Both the position numbers and the translations under genes were made by a program. The notes beneath the pieces are model-generated. The model saw nothing but the letters and a program-made list of their open reading frames with translations. It was not told the origin of the DNA and searched no databases. Below, one piece after another: positions 1-9,134 of a DNA stretch of 64,000 bases (position 1 is the first letter of the stretch; the number at the start of each line of letters is the position of its first letter). The stretch comes from a virus, in the IMG/VR virus record IMGVR_UViG_3300028394_002659; one strand, 5' to 3'.

Positions 1-600
1 GTCTAAATATGCAGACATAAGTTCGGGAGTGGTTTCAAAAAAACTAGGGTAATGATGATTACCAGTCGCTTGATTCCACTCATGGCTCATAATATGCCCA
101 AGGTCATAACGTATTGCTGGACGTTTTTTGTAACGACTGATTGCTTCCTCACGGCCGCCCATGACCAGACTATATCCTTGTTGCCCTGCCTGTTCCATTA
201 ACCAAAGTTGAAGATATCTAAAAACTTCGTGACTTTTATACCCTTGATCAATATAAGATCTTGTGCCTTGTGACATAAAACCTAATATGTCAACGTCTAG
301 CACAATAGGGGTAATCTTATTTTCAGTACAAAACTTAAACGCCCAAGATATATCCTGGGTGTTAAAATCATCGTTGAATTTCATGATGAATACCCTAAAG
401 TCTATATCTTGTTCTAGCAAACTGCGACAAATAACTTCACTATCAATCCCACCACTAAACGCAACTGCCATTGGTCGTTTGATTGTTCCAGCAATCAATT
501 GTAGTGCGGCATCAACTTCTTCTCGCAAAGATGCTACTGGTCTCTGTATTGATCTAAAGGTAATTTCAAAAGGATCTAGAGTATATTCAAAAGCAAGCAT
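1..600 (-). CDS. PP-loop (adenine nucleotide alpha-hydrolase / N-type ATP pyrophosphatase) family protein, runs off the left window edge
   Basis: Not in the ORF track; manual translation from ATG at 600: MLAFEYTLDPFEITFRSIQRPVASLREEVDAALQLIAGTIKRPMAVAFSGGIDSEVICRSL..., SGGxDS motif. Confidence 0.75.
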   Translation of the reverse strand, partial: MLAFEYTLDPFEITFRSIQRPVASLREEVDAALQLIAGTIKRPMAVAFSGGIDSEVICRSLLEQDIDFRVFIMKFNDDFNTQDISWAFKFCTENKITPIVLDVDILGFMSQGTRSYIDQGYKSHEVFRYLQLWLMEQAGQQGYSLVMGGREEAISRYKKRPAIRYDLGHIMSHEWNQATGNHHYPSFFETTPELMSAYLD

Positions 601-602
601 CT

Positions 603-812
603 TTAACTGTGTAAGAATTCGTTCAGGCGGTCAACTGCCTCGTTGAAGTCCACTGCCCAAACCCGTGCCTCTAATATGTTGCCTGTGATCTGCATGTCAA
701 ACGGTATGACACCGCGAAAGCCAAAATCATCTGGAAGTTCGGTAGTGACTGTAAATTCCTGTAAATTCTTTGCCCTAAAGATCAAGTTAGTGGCCATGTC
801 GACTGAGTTCAT
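603..812 (-). CDS. hypothetical protein
   Basis: ORF packed in a minus-strand operon, AAGGAG RBS upstream. Confidence 0.65.
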   Translation of the reverse strand: MNSVDMATNLIFRAKNLQEFTVTTELPDDFGFRGVIPFDMQITGNILEARVWAVDFNEAVDRLNEFLHS

Positions 813-1048
813 TTATACTCCTTAATATCCTTGTGCTTGACAATGATAAAGTTATATATCTGATTATCGAACCGGATAGGTAAATCTAGGTGTATAGTAA
901 TCTCAGGACCATCACGATGGTTGAGCAAACGATCGTTACCAACCGTGCCCACAAACGGTATCTTGTTCCACTTACCAAACACACGATCGCCTATATCCCA
1001 TACGGCTTGGTAGCCTATACGGTCAAAGTAATCAGTTTGATTGCCCAT
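809..1048 (-). CDS. hypothetical protein
   Basis: Likely start MGNQTDYF; 4-nt overlap with the next gene. Confidence 0.6.
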   Translation of the reverse strand: MGNQTDYFDRIGYQAVWDIGDRVFGKWNKIPFVGTVGNDRLLNHRDGPEITIHLDLPIRFDNQIYNFIIVKHKDIKEYK

Positions 1049-1217
1049 GACTACCCATTTTTTTGCCAGACAGCAACAAGTTTGCCACTGAAACAAACAG
1101 GCTCAAACTGCCATATGCCATGTCGCCACGAGCAAAGTAATCTGCGGCAACCATCAAACTAACACCTGACACAAAGCCAGAAATAACATCTTGATGTTTT
1201 ATTATCCATGCGTACAT
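1032..1217 (-). CDS. small membrane protein
   Basis: Two hydrophobic segments; TAATG coupling to the upstream gene. Confidence 0.6.
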   Translation of the reverse strand: MYAWIIKHQDVISGFVSGVSLMVAADYFARGDMAYGSLSLFVSVANLLLSGKKMGSHGQSN

Positions 1218-1399
1218 TATATAAAATCCTTAAACATTTTTTTACGTCCTTCTTCACCAATGTGATAGTCGAACAATTCCCTTGTGCGTTGCAACATAGC
1301 ACAAGCCATCATCAATTGATCTTCACGGTCATCGCACATGAGTATCTGTTGCTCTATTGGACGCATGAGGTCAGTCATGCGTTTTTGAATCTCGCTCAC
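1217..1399 (-). CDS. hypothetical protein
   Basis: Translationally coupled ORF. Confidence 0.65.
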   Translation of the reverse strand: MSEIQKRMTDLMRPIEQQILMCDDREDQLMMACAMLQRTRELFDYHIGEEGRKKMFKDFI

Positions 1400-1605
1400 A
1401 TCTTTCTTTCGTGAATCATGGATTCAAATGTGTTCCACAAGAGATTGAACTTGCGCTCGTAGTATTCGGCCAATACCTTGAAATCTTCTGTTGCGGAATC
1501 TTGATCAATGTACATTTGAATGTCAGCAGTGACTTTCCAGCACTCCAAGATCTCTTGCTCTAGATCAAACCGATCTTTTGTTTTCTCAATCATTTCAACT
1601 TCCAT
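1396..1605 (-). CDS. hypothetical protein
   Basis: Start MEVEMIEK after GGAGG. Confidence 0.6.
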   Translation of the reverse strand: MEVEMIEKTKDRFDLEQEILECWKVTADIQMYIDQDSATEDFKVLAEYYERKFNLLWNTFESMIHERKM

Positions 1606-1741
1606 CGTGGTTCCTCCATTCCTTCCTGGCCAGTTTAGCCTCTTCAACAACCCTCTTGCACAAAGTCCATACAGGATGCCAAAAGTATCCTAGTACAAAG
1701 CCCCAGACAAACGGTCCTAACGCTTGTAAAAAGTCATTCAC
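1595..1741 (-). CDS. small membrane protein (48 aa)
   Basis: Manual translation from GTG: MNDFLQALGPFVWGFVLGYFWHPVWTLCKRVVEEAKLARKEWRNHDGS; fills the operon gap. Confidence 0.55.
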   Translation of the reverse strand: MNDFLQALGPFVWGFVLGYFWHPVWTLCKRVVEEAKLARKEWRNHDGS

Positions 1742-1962
1742 GTTTCGACTCCAAAATGTTCTTTGATTCTCATACCGTTAGTTTTAGTAATATATCCACA
1801 ACCAAGTGAATTGGATCTCTCTGTATCAGCGATCATAGCACATTCTCCAACAATCAACTGGGCCAATTTTTCTAATTTGTGCTGTTGGCGATAACAAGTC
1901 ATTCCGTTAACAAACTGTAATAATTCAGCCTGTTCAGCAAGTTGTTTAGTTAGTTCGTGCAT
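1738..1962 (-). CDS. hypothetical protein, paralog of 2131-2361
   Basis: Shares C-terminus ...ECAxIxDTERSNSxGCGYITKTNGMRIKEHFG. Confidence 0.65.
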   Translation of the reverse strand: MHELTKQLAEQAELLQFVNGMTCYRQQHKLEKLAQLIVGECAMIADTERSNSLGCGYITKTNGMRIKEHFGVET

Positions 1963-2220
1963 GTTGACTCCATTTGATATATCCACCATTGGTCTCACTC
2001 CACGGACAATATTGTTCCCATAGTGCTTGGCCTGTGTCAGGATTTTCTTTCATCAATCGGTCTATGCCGGGTCGAGTCGTATATCCGTCCAAACTCCAGT
2101 TGTGATTTTTCAGTGCAGTTTCAAGTTCGGTCATGGTTCAAGTCCAAAATGTTCTTTAATTCTCATGCCGTTTGTTTTGGTAATATATCCACAACCAACT
2201 GAATTGGATCTCTCCGTATC
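1751..2220. repeat. Direct repeat of about 77 bp (1751-1827 and 2144-2220) encoding the shared C-terminus of two paralogs
   Basis: Near-identical copies with about 6 mostly synonymous differences. Confidence 0.85.
1946..2134 (-). CDS. hypothetical protein
   Basis: Coupled ORF (ATGA overlap). Confidence 0.6.
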   Translation of the reverse strand: MTELETALKNHNWSLDGYTTRPGIDRLMKENPDTGQALWEQYCPWSETNGGYIKWSQHARTN

Positions 2221-2361
2221 GGAAATCTCAGCACATTCTTGCACAATCAATCGGGCGAATTTCTCAATATCAAAGTGCTCGTCAATCATGAATGTTCTGT
2301 TGCCATACACTTGATTCCAGGCACCGCACTCACGTGCAAATTTTTCTATGCGTTGGTTCAT
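2131..2361 (-). CDS. hypothetical protein, paralog of 1738-1962
   Basis: MNQRIEKFARECG...EKFARLIVQECAEI...IKEHFG, typical small phage gene family. Confidence 0.7.
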   Translation of the reverse strand: MNQRIEKFARECGAWNQVYGNRTFMIDEHFDIEKFARLIVQECAEISDTERSNSVGCGYITKTNGMRIKEHFGLEP

Positions 2362-3635
2362 TACTCAGCCTCGTCATAGTAAGCATATTGACCCCAAGGT
2401 GGTTCAATGGTTGTGGTACCATGCAAGATCCAAACAGTATCTGCATAGTTCTCATCGCCCCATGAACCAAAAGGGTAGCCGTCTGTGAACACAACCAGTC
2501 GCTTGGGTTCAATTTCATTGTCCTTCAAATACTTGAAGATACAATCAAAGTCAGTGCCACCGCCACCTGTTACTTCGTAGTCGCAGATGTCCTCCAGGTT
2601 GTCTGAGTCGTATTGTGCAGGGTTGTATGCATCAGTATCAAACGTGATAACATGAATACGATATGCAGGGAACGAGTCCATAATACCTTGGATCTCACCC
2701 AAGAAGTCCTTCAACATCTTTTCTGAGATTGAGCCCGAAGCGTCCAGTGCAATAGCAATATCAATCATGGGATCCAGTTTCATACCGGGCATGACCGCAT
2801 CCATGTGCCAACCTTTACGGCTGGCTCGCATCCAGGTGTAGTCACTCTTGATGGTGGATTCCAATTGCATACGCAACAATTCACGCCAGTTCATCTTGGG
2901 CTCGGTCATGTCTTGTATAAGACGCTTGACACCTGCTGGGATATTGCCTGCACCATCCACTGTAGCGGCTGCCGCCAACATGGCTTCTTTGATCTCGTCG
3001 CGGATTTGTTGGCGCTCTTCAGGTGTTAGTTTAGGACGACCTTTGCCTTCTTGGTCGCCATCGCCACCATCAGCAGGATCGCCCTCACCATCCATGTGCT
3101 CGTCAATCATCTTGTCCAACAAGTCACTGATGTTGATCTTTTCTGCTTTCTCGTACAACTGGTCGTAGATTTCTTCTGAACTCATGCCGTCATACTTGCG
3201 ATCAAACAGGCAAGGCACTGTGGTAATCATCTCACCTACCTTGTGTTTGACCAAATCTTGGTTGACAGCAAAGTCATTGGCAATATTAAACAACTGTGGG
3301 TCGCGATTGCCGCGACGTCCAAAGTGATCATAAACACAATGCAGGACCTCGTGTCCAAACAAGAATTCAATCTCTTTGGGCTTGAGCATTTTAATAAAGC
3401 GGCTATTGTAATAGAAGTTTCTGCCGTCTGTTGCGGCAGTGGCACACCACTCGTCTGCGTTTACCAGTTTCAAACGAGTAGCAAGATTGCCAAAGAATGA
3501 AGCCTTGAGCAACAGGCCCACACGGGCAGTGATCAACATTTCACGCACAATTTTGTCGAGTTTTGGGTCCATGGGTCCAATAAGATCTTTGAACTTATCA
3601 GACTCTTTTTTGTTAGTAGTAGTAGCGGTAGTCAC
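2361..3635 (-). CDS. DUF2201-type metallopeptidase + VWA-like domain protein (MoxR partner)
   Basis: TAATDG, HEVLH zincin motif, MIDAS DASGS, GGGGTDF, VFTDG. Confidence 0.9.
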   Translation of the reverse strand: MTTATTTNKKESDKFKDLIGPMDPKLDKIVREMLITARVGLLLKASFFGNLATRLKLVNADEWCATAATDGRNFYYNSRFIKMLKPKEIEFLFGHEVLHCVYDHFGRRGNRDPQLFNIANDFAVNQDLVKHKVGEMITTVPCLFDRKYDGMSSEEIYDQLYEKAEKINISDLLDKMIDEHMDGEGDPADGGDGDQEGKGRPKLTPEERQQIRDEIKEAMLAAAATVDGAGNIPAGVKRLIQDMTEPKMNWRELLRMQLESTIKSDYTWMRASRKGWHMDAVMPGMKLDPMIDIAIALDASGSISEKMLKDFLGEIQGIMDSFPAYRIHVITFDTDAYNPAQYDSDNLEDICDYEVTGGGGTDFDCIFKYLKDNEIEPKRLVVFTDGYPFGSWGDENYADTVWILHGTTTIEPPWGQYAYYDEAE

Positions 3636-3664
3636 GGGCTGTTCCTTTTGTTGTTTATGTGTAT

Positions 3665-3693
3665 ATTATAACAGATCACGATTTATTGGTCAA
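3665..3693 (-). promoter_or_regulatory. sigma70-type early promoter TTGACC-N17-TATAAT
   Basis: Near-consensus hexamers with 17-bp spacer upstream of the VWA gene. Confidence 0.8.
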
Positions 3694-3711
3694 GTAGTAC
3701 TTGGGTACTAT
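3694..3711. promoter_or_regulatory. Palindromic operator GTAGTAC-N4-GTACTAT abutting the -35
   Basis: Recurs at 6039-6056, 6720-6737, 16344-16361 and 27559-27611. Confidence 0.6.
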
Positions 3712-4037
3712 GACACAGGGTGACTCAACAAGAACCAACTGAGTTCTTTGTCTGTTGCAACATAGATTCGGTAGTCATTGTATTTGGCACTGAAGGACCA
3801 AGTGGAGTTGATGTCATCCGGCTCAAATTCTTCCTCATGATGTTGTCGGGTACGAAGCAGTTCACTTCGAACTTCCACGTCTTGACCCCATCCATAGGTT
3901 GTGGTGAACCAACGTCGGGCACGATCAAAACTCAACACTCCTGTGCCAATCCAGTGTCCTTTTGAAAACTCAATCATGTACTGGTAGGCGGTATGATGAC
4001 TGTACCTTGCATCTAATTTTATAACTTTGTATTTCAT
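3708..4037 (-). CDS. hypothetical protein
   Basis: 109-aa ORF between MoxR and VWA genes. Confidence 0.7.
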   Translation of the reverse strand: MKYKVIKLDARYSHHTAYQYMIEFSKGHWIGTGVLSFDRARRWFTTTYGWGQDVEVRSELLRTRQHHEEEFEPDDINSTWSFSAKYNDYRIYVATDKELSWFLLSHPVS

Positions 4038-4102
4038 ACCTGGAGAAGAAAAGGGGCCATGTGTCCACAGCCCGTGTATTTAATCCACACGACCCCTTAA
4101 AC

Positions 4103-5185
4103 TTAGGCCGACGCCTGCAAGATGTACTTGCCAAAGCGTTGGTGAAACTCGTCAAAGTTCTTCAACTTGGTTGGGAGGAAGGGCAAGTCGTATGTGGTCA
4201 ATGCAATACGAGCACCCATCACAGTCAACTCTGTCTCAAAGTTCTTCATCATGTAGCCCAGGAAGTTATCGGCCATCTCATGGAACTTTTTGTCTTCCAC
4301 TTTGTTCTCCACTGCACCCTTCAACTCATAGCACATGGAGATTACCAGGCTGTACATGGCTGACACTTCTTTGACATTCAAGTCTTTGACTTTGCCGTTC
4401 AAGATGTCTGTAGGGTTAGGCATGCGGCCGGCAACCTTTTTATGGGCCATAAACTTCACTGCCAACCCTTCACCCACAGTACCTGCAATCAAGTTCATTA
4501 TGGTGTCGTCGTCATCGCCTTCGTCAAGTAACTGGCTCACAAAGGTCCACGAACGTGGTGTAGCAAATGCACGGCTGGCACTCTTGGCATCAAAGTCGTA
4601 CAAGTCTTGCTTGGCAAAACTCAAGTAACCGACCACGTCCTTGTGGATACGGTTGTTCACCGCCCACTCTTGCCATGATGCAAAGTCCACTTTCATCTCT
4701 TGGTGGATGAAACGGTTTGCCAGCGGAGTCGGCATTCTATAAGTAACGCCTTTGTCGCTTTCACGGTTACCTGCGGCAACCATCACAACATTGTCGGGTA
4801 ATTTATACTTGCCAATGCGTCGATTCAAAATAAGTTGATAAGCGGCACTCTGGACAGACGGTGCGGCACTGTTAAGTTCATCCAAGAACAAAATTACAAT
4901 AGGGTAGTCCTTGGACATTTCTTCATCGGGCAGTTCCACAGGAGGAGCCCAATCCATCTTGCCAATGTCCTTGTTGTAGAACGGAATACCACGGATGTCT
5001 GTGGGTTCCATCTGACCCAGGCGCAGGTCAATCATCAAGCCACCAAGTTCCCGGGCAATGCCTTCAACCAGTTCACTCTTGCCAATGCCGGGAGGACCCC
5101 ACAAGAACAAAGGACGTTTTACTTTGAATGCTTTGAGCAAAGATTTTTTTGCTTGAAGCGCGGTAACGGTGCGGGATTCTGACAT
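4103..5185 (-). CDS. MoxR-like AAA+ ATPase
   Basis: Walker A GPPGIGKS, Walker B LFLDE, AAGN, PLANRF arginine finger. Confidence 0.92.
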   Translation of the reverse strand: MSESRTVTALQAKKSLLKAFKVKRPLFLWGPPGIGKSELVEGIARELGGLMIDLRLGQMEPTDIRGIPFYNKDIGKMDWAPPVELPDEEMSKDYPIVILFLDELNSAAPSVQSAAYQLILNRRIGKYKLPDNVVMVAAGNRESDKGVTYRMPTPLANRFIHQEMKVDFASWQEWAVNNRIHKDVVGYLSFAKQDLYDFDAKSASRAFATPRSWTFVSQLLDEGDDDDTIMNLIAGTVGEGLAVKFMAHKKVAGRMPNPTDILNGKVKDLNVKEVSAMYSLVISMCYELKGAVENKVEDKKFHEMADNFLGYMMKNFETELTVMGARIALTTYDLPFLPTKLKNFDEFHQRFGKYILQASA

Positions 5186-5215
5186 GGGCTGTGCCTTTCA
5201 AGTTAATAAGTCTAT

Positions 5216-5244
5216 ATTGTAGCAGATGTTGATTTTGTGGTCAA
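5216..5244 (-). promoter_or_regulatory. sigma70-type promoter TTGACC-N17-TACAAT
   Basis: Upstream of MoxR. Confidence 0.75.
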
Positions 5245-5411
5245 CTGTTTATTGTTGTAAAAGGGCTGAGAACTTCTTCAGGTTCTTGTGCCTCTGGCTT
5301 CTCGTAAACCCAAGATACTGGGATTTCAAGTTCACGGGCAATGTCCATTGCAGTCCGGCCCTTCTCCAGCAAGTACCGGATATCCAAATCAAGTTCGCTC
5401 ATTCTGCTCAT
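5241..5411 (-). CDS. small helix-turn-helix protein (56 aa)
   Basis: Not in the ORF track; MSRMSELDLDIRYLLEKGRTAMDIARELEIPVSWVYEKPEAQEPEEVLSPFTTINS; GxTxxDIARELxIxxSWVY is HTH-like. Confidence 0.65.
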   Translation of the reverse strand: MSRMSELDLDIRYLLEKGRTAMDIARELEIPVSWVYEKPEAQEPEEVLSPFTTINS

Positions 5412-5680
5412 GCTGTCTCCCTGTCCATGATGTAAGTGAATAAAATAAATTTTGCACGGTTCAGAGTCAAACGCTGGTCTTCCAAGATGTTAGCAAGGTT
5501 GTCGCTGTTGTGAGGACCATAAGCCACCATCTCTTGGCTATCGCTCATTAGCCCGGCTACCATCATGGCAGGTCCTGACGTACGAAATGTGATGCTACGT
5601 TCCACACTCTCGCGAAGTTCGACTTCGGTAACACCATACATGCGAACTTCACGTTTTTGGCTTTCAGTCAGTTGTTTCAA
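5408..5680 (-). CDS. hypothetical protein
   Basis: AAAGGAG RBS, TTG start, own promoter. Confidence 0.7.
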   Translation of the reverse strand: MKQLTESQKREVRMYGVTEVELRESVERSITFRTSGPAMMVAGLMSDSQEMVAYGPHNSDNLANILEDQRLTLNRAKFILFTYIMDRETA

Positions 5681-5710
5681 TTTAGGCTCCTTTTGTGTCT
5701 GTATGTGTAT

Positions 5711-5739
5711 ATTATAGCAAATCGGTAATTATCGGTCAA
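5711..5739 (-). promoter_or_regulatory. sigma70-type promoter TTGACC-N17-TATAAT, near-identical to 27148-27176
   Basis: Consensus hexamers; 31-bp near-duplicate elsewhere in the window. Confidence 0.8.
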
Positions 5740-5969
5740 CCAATTGCTTTGACTAGTCCTGTGAGCCCGATTGCCAGTGCAACAATGTTTACCAGTAACT
5801 GTGGGCGATTTGCAACACGGATTGACCATGCCATGAACAGTATAGTTCCCAGGAAAAATGCAAGAATGTTCCAAGGGTAGGCCGCAGGGCCCACGGCGTT
5901 GAGACTGTGGCCTGCAATGATAAACACTGCCCCGGTCCACTGTAGTATTTCGTTAATTTCTAATTTCAT
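5736..5969 (-). CDS. small membrane protein (PnuC-like half), probably leaderless
   Basis: Three hydrophobic segments; ATG 6 nt after TATAAT. Confidence 0.65.
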   Translation of the reverse strand: MKLEINEILQWTGAVFIIAGHSLNAVGPAAYPWNILAFFLGTILFMAWSIRVANRPQLLVNIVALAIGLTGLVKAIG

Positions 5970-5975
5970 GTTATG

Positions 5976-6004
5976 ATTATAACCGATCTTGAATATTTGG
6001 TCAA
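5976..6004 (-). promoter_or_regulatory. sigma70-type promoter TTGACC-N17-TATAAT
   Basis: Consensus hexamers. Confidence 0.8.
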
Positions 6005-6007
6005 GTC

Positions 6008-6037
6008 AAAAAAAAGCCCTACACGCAGTAGGGCTTT
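6008..6037 (-). terminator. Intrinsic terminator
   Basis: AAAGCCCTAC-loop-GTAGGGCT followed by U-tract. Confidence 0.85.
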
Positions 6038-6059
6038 GGTAGTACTAAAGTATTACTTT

Positions 6060-6665
6060 TTACATAGTGGGTCCGTTACCGCTCTTAAACCCTAATACAC
6101 CACCTTCTGCTTCGATGCGTTTATATACATCTTCCAACAAGATTGGTGCAAAGTCTGTCTGCTCCACGCATACACAATGATAGCGAGAGTCAATCTCATT
6201 GCCGTATAATACAGTTCCGGCCTTGGCATCAACACCACGTGCCTTCTTCACACGACTGGCATGCAAGTGTCCGTGTATGTTTACACCAAAGCGGCCCAAT
6301 GAAGCCTCATGCACAGGGATATGACTCAAGATCATTCCGTTCATCACATGGTATGCACGTAACTCACGAAAGTATTCGCGGTACTCGTCATCACGGAAGA
6401 TGTCGTGATTGCCACGGATCAATACTTTGTCCCCGTTCAACCTGGCCAATGTCTTCAAGGCCTTGCGGTTGATAACAACATCACCCAAGTGATACACCTT
6501 GTCGTTTGGACGAACACGATCGTTCCAGTTTTTGATCATGGCCTCGTCCATCTCGGCAGGATCAGTCCATGGCCGTAATTTCACTTCAGGATCGTCAGGG
6601 TGTGTGAAGTGACAGACGCCGGCGTGTCCGAAGTGTGTGTCACTGACTAAAAATACTGCTGGCAT
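6060..6665 (-). CDS. calcineurin-like metallophosphoesterase
   Basis: SDTHFGH, LGDV, GNHD, HGHLH motifs. Confidence 0.92.
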   Translation of the reverse strand: MPAVFLVSDTHFGHAGVCHFTHPDDPEVKLRPWTDPAEMDEAMIKNWNDRVRPNDKVYHLGDVVINRKALKTLARLNGDKVLIRGNHDIFRDDEYREYFRELRAYHVMNGMILSHIPVHEASLGRFGVNIHGHLHASRVKKARGVDAKAGTVLYGNEIDSRYHCVCVEQTDFAPILLEDVYKRIEAEGGVLGFKSGNGPTM

Positions 6666-6690
6666 CTTGTGCTCCTTTCTGTAATTGTTA

Positions 6691-6719
6691 ATTATAGCAT
6701 TTTGGGAATATCTGGTCAA
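6691..6719 (-). promoter_or_regulatory. sigma70-type promoter TTGACC-N17-TATAAT with adjacent operator 6720-6737
   Basis: Consensus hexamers. Confidence 0.8.
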
Positions 6720-6725
6720 GTAGTA

Positions 6726-7202
6726 CTAAGTTATTACTTCTTGCCAGGTATGATCACCCATGTACTTGACCTGCATTAGGTACTGGTAATCTTCTGGCAC
6801 GCCAGTGTTCCAATCGTCGGGTCCAGTAAGTACCAGTAGATTTTTGTTATGCCTCTTGTGCCATACCAACCAATAGCAATGACCCATCACGATCTGAAAA
6901 CTGTATTCTGCGGCATATACTGCATCAGTAACATCCAGTCTACGTCGAATGTCATCCGCTTGGCGTTGCAGTACTGTGACCAATTCCATTATGCGATCGT
7001 ATTCCTGCTGGGCATACATCCTGGCATGGTTGATCATCAAGTCCTTTTGCTTCTCAACAGGCACAAGATCAAATGTAGGACCTAGTGTGCTGGTAGCGTA
7101 AGGTGTTACATTTCTGTTGAAAAAATGTACTAGAGTATTGCCAGTGGTGACATCAAAACTTTCACGGCCCTTGGCTGAGTTTGGCTGATCAGAATCCGCC
7201 AT
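6726..7202 (-). CDS. DUF2452-like protein
   Basis: YAQQEYDRIMEL...VYAAEYSFQIVMGHCYWL...GDHTW pattern. Confidence 0.6.
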   Translation of the reverse strand: MADSDQPNSAKGRESFDVTTGNTLVHFFNRNVTPYATSTLGPTFDLVPVEKQKDLMINHARMYAQQEYDRIMELVTVLQRQADDIRRRLDVTDAVYAAEYSFQIVMGHCYWLVWHKRHNKNLLVLTGPDDWNTGVPEDYQYLMQVKYMGDHTWQEVIT

Positions 7203-7479
7203 ATTCCTTGAAGCGACGACGTGGTTCGATGTCCAACTGCTTGTACAGATACTCACGACCGATCAACCGGTGTTCGATCTCTTTGAGAGCCGTGACTACT
7301 GCACTGTGTTTAGGACCATCAATCTTTGGCTTGTCGCCGCGGCCTAGTTCTCTAGCACGACGAGCACCAATCAGCACTAGGTCGTAACGGTTTTCTACTG
7401 CCTCAACTGCGGCTTCATTGCTGAGCCCCAGTGTTGATTCATATCTGATTGCGTCTTGAATGTTTTGTACGTTATTCAT
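7189..7479 (-). CDS. rpoZ: RNA polymerase omega subunit
   Basis: VENRYDLVLIGARRAREL and VTALKEI match the conserved omega regions. Confidence 0.88.
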   Translation of the reverse strand: MNNVQNIQDAIRYESTLGLSNEAAVEAVENRYDLVLIGARRARELGRGDKPKIDGPKHSAVVTALKEIEHRLIGREYLYKQLDIEPRRRFKEYGGF

Positions 7480-7492
7480 CTTGGTCCTTTGG

Positions 7493-8143
7493 TTAAATGT
7501 TAATGTAAAGATGCGGATAATCAACTTGAAAGTCAGATAGTGTATAATCAAAATCACAAAGATTACCCCTGCTATCTTGATCAGGATCTAGATCTAATCT
7601 AACCAATTTTATGGCTATGAATAATCTAGTAGATTCTATATTTTCTACACTATGACAACGATTCACGTTGTAACAATACCAATCTTGCTTGAATACATAT
7701 TGTTCAACAGAATTTATTTCAGTGTAAGGAATATTTGTAGACACCCCAACAATAGGTTCAACACGATCGTAAAATACAGTTTTTACATCATTGCCACCTA
7801 AAGTTATAAAATAGTTCAAACCAATTGCTCTAGAACGATCACAATGTGGCGGCAAGCATGCCGGCGTATCTTGTGTGTTTTTCATAATTCCTATCATACC
7901 ACTAATTTCATGGCGAGGAAAAAACGATTGGAACTCATCTTTGATCAGTTGTGTTAAAAAATCTGGATTACCAAAATAATGATGCACAGAATTAATTTTA
8001 TTACCATGAAACTCATCCAACCATCGCTTGTGATCTGGATCACACGCATAGGAATCAGCATAACTTTGTACTGCATTGATCAAATCGATTGACGGTGCAG
8101 GCAAATTAATTTTGATCACATTACCAGTCTGTATGTTATTCAT
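7493..8143 (-). CDS. putative 2OG-Fe(II)/cupin oxygenase
   Basis: PPHCD...HSVEN...R facial-triad pattern; AT-rich insert. Confidence 0.5.
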   Translation of the reverse strand: MNNIQTGNVIKINLPAPSIDLINAVQSYADSYACDPDHKRWLDEFHGNKINSVHHYFGNPDFLTQLIKDEFQSFFPRHEISGMIGIMKNTQDTPACLPPHCDRSRAIGLNYFITLGGNDVKTVFYDRVEPIVGVSTNIPYTEINSVEQYVFKQDWYCYNVNRCHSVENIESTRLFIAIKLVRLDLDPDQDSRGNLCDFDYTLSDFQVDYPHLYINI

Positions 8144-8438
8144 CTTGGTGCTTTGATAATCCGTTTAAGTGTCTATCTTTGATCTCTTCCAGATCTTGGA
8201 ACAGTCGCTTTTCTTGTGTTGTAAGTCGATCCTTGTGTGTCTTGCGTGGGTTACCGCATAAAAAACAACCGGGGTTGCCACAATCCATGGCATGGTGTTT
8301 GGCCAGTCTATGTGGTTGTTTAAGATTTGCCTGATTGTATGTATTGTGTGATCGGGCAATCTTTACTTGCCTGGAAATTGCCACATCTGTTTTGTGGCGA
8401 CGTTTGGAGTTTAAGTATCGGGCTAGATCGTTGCTCAT
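8136..8438 (-). CDS. hypothetical basic protein with CxxxxCxxC motif
   Basis: HHAMDCGNPGCFLCGNPR; promoter at 8465-8493. Confidence 0.7.
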   Translation of the reverse strand: MSNDLARYLNSKRRHKTDVAISRQVKIARSHNTYNQANLKQPHRLAKHHAMDCGNPGCFLCGNPRKTHKDRLTTQEKRLFQDLEEIKDRHLNGLSKHQDE

Positions 8439-8494
8439 ATACACCTGTGTAATAATGTAGAACTATTGTAACATAGTCCTACATCATTGTCAAG

Positions 8495-8623
8495 TTACAA
8501 TGGCTGATATTCTTCTTTACCGCAACCACACTCTGGACAGTTGTAGTATTTTGGCAAATCTTCAAACTTGCCATCTGTCTCTTCATTATGGACATGTCCA
8601 CATACAGTGCATACGTATTCCAT
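8495..8623 (-). CDS. rubredoxin
   Basis: Manual translation MEYVCTVCGHVHNEETDGKFEDLPKYYNCPECGCGKEEYQPL; two CxxCG knuckles; directly after rubrerythrin. Confidence 0.9.
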   Translation of the reverse strand: MEYVCTVCGHVHNEETDGKFEDLPKYYNCPECGCGKEEYQPL

Positions 8624-8632
8624 GGTAATTCC

Positions 8633-9070
8633 TTATTGTGCTTCTTTGTGAGCAGTCAATGCTTTGGTAAAGCGATTGGCATGTGAACGTTCGGCCTTGG
8701 CCAGGGTTTCAAACCAGTCAGCAATTTCGTCCAAGCCTTCGTCTCTAGCAGTTTTTGCCATGCCAGGATACATGTCGGTGTACTCATGTGTTTCGCCGTG
8801 TATGGCTGATTCCAGTGCTTCAGCAGTGGTCTTGGCTGTCATTCCTGTGGCAGGATCTCCAGAACCACCATCAATCAAGTATTCCATGTGACCATGTGCG
8901 TGTCCTGTTTCACCTTCGGCTGTGCTACGGAACAGGGCTGAAATGTCATTGTCGCCGGCCACGTCGGCCATGTTTGCAAAATATAGATAGCGGCGATTGG
9001 CTTGGCTTTCACCGGCAAATGCCGCTTTCAAGTTTTGTTCGGTAAGTGTACCTTTTACAGATTGTGTCAT
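8633..9070 (-). CDS. rubrerythrin (short, erythrin-type)
   Basis: [34 protein letters not shown] di-iron ligands. Confidence 0.93.
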   Translation of the reverse strand: MTQSVKGTLTEQNLKAAFAGESQANRRYLYFANMADVAGDNDISALFRSTAEGETGHAHGHMEYLIDGGSGDPATGMTAKTTAEALESAIHGETHEYTDMYPGMAKTARDEGLDEIADWFETLAKAERSHANRFTKALTAHKEAQ

Positions 9071-9134
9071 ATTTCCTCCTTGTAGACAACACTATTATAT
9101 AGTATAGTTGTAGCCTAAGTCAAGAGGTTTTGCC

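Noticed and set aside
1751-2220. 77-bp repeat pair as a diversity-generating retroelement TR/VR
   Set aside because: Mismatches are mostly synonymous and not adenine-specific, both copies are coding, and no reverse transcriptase is in the window
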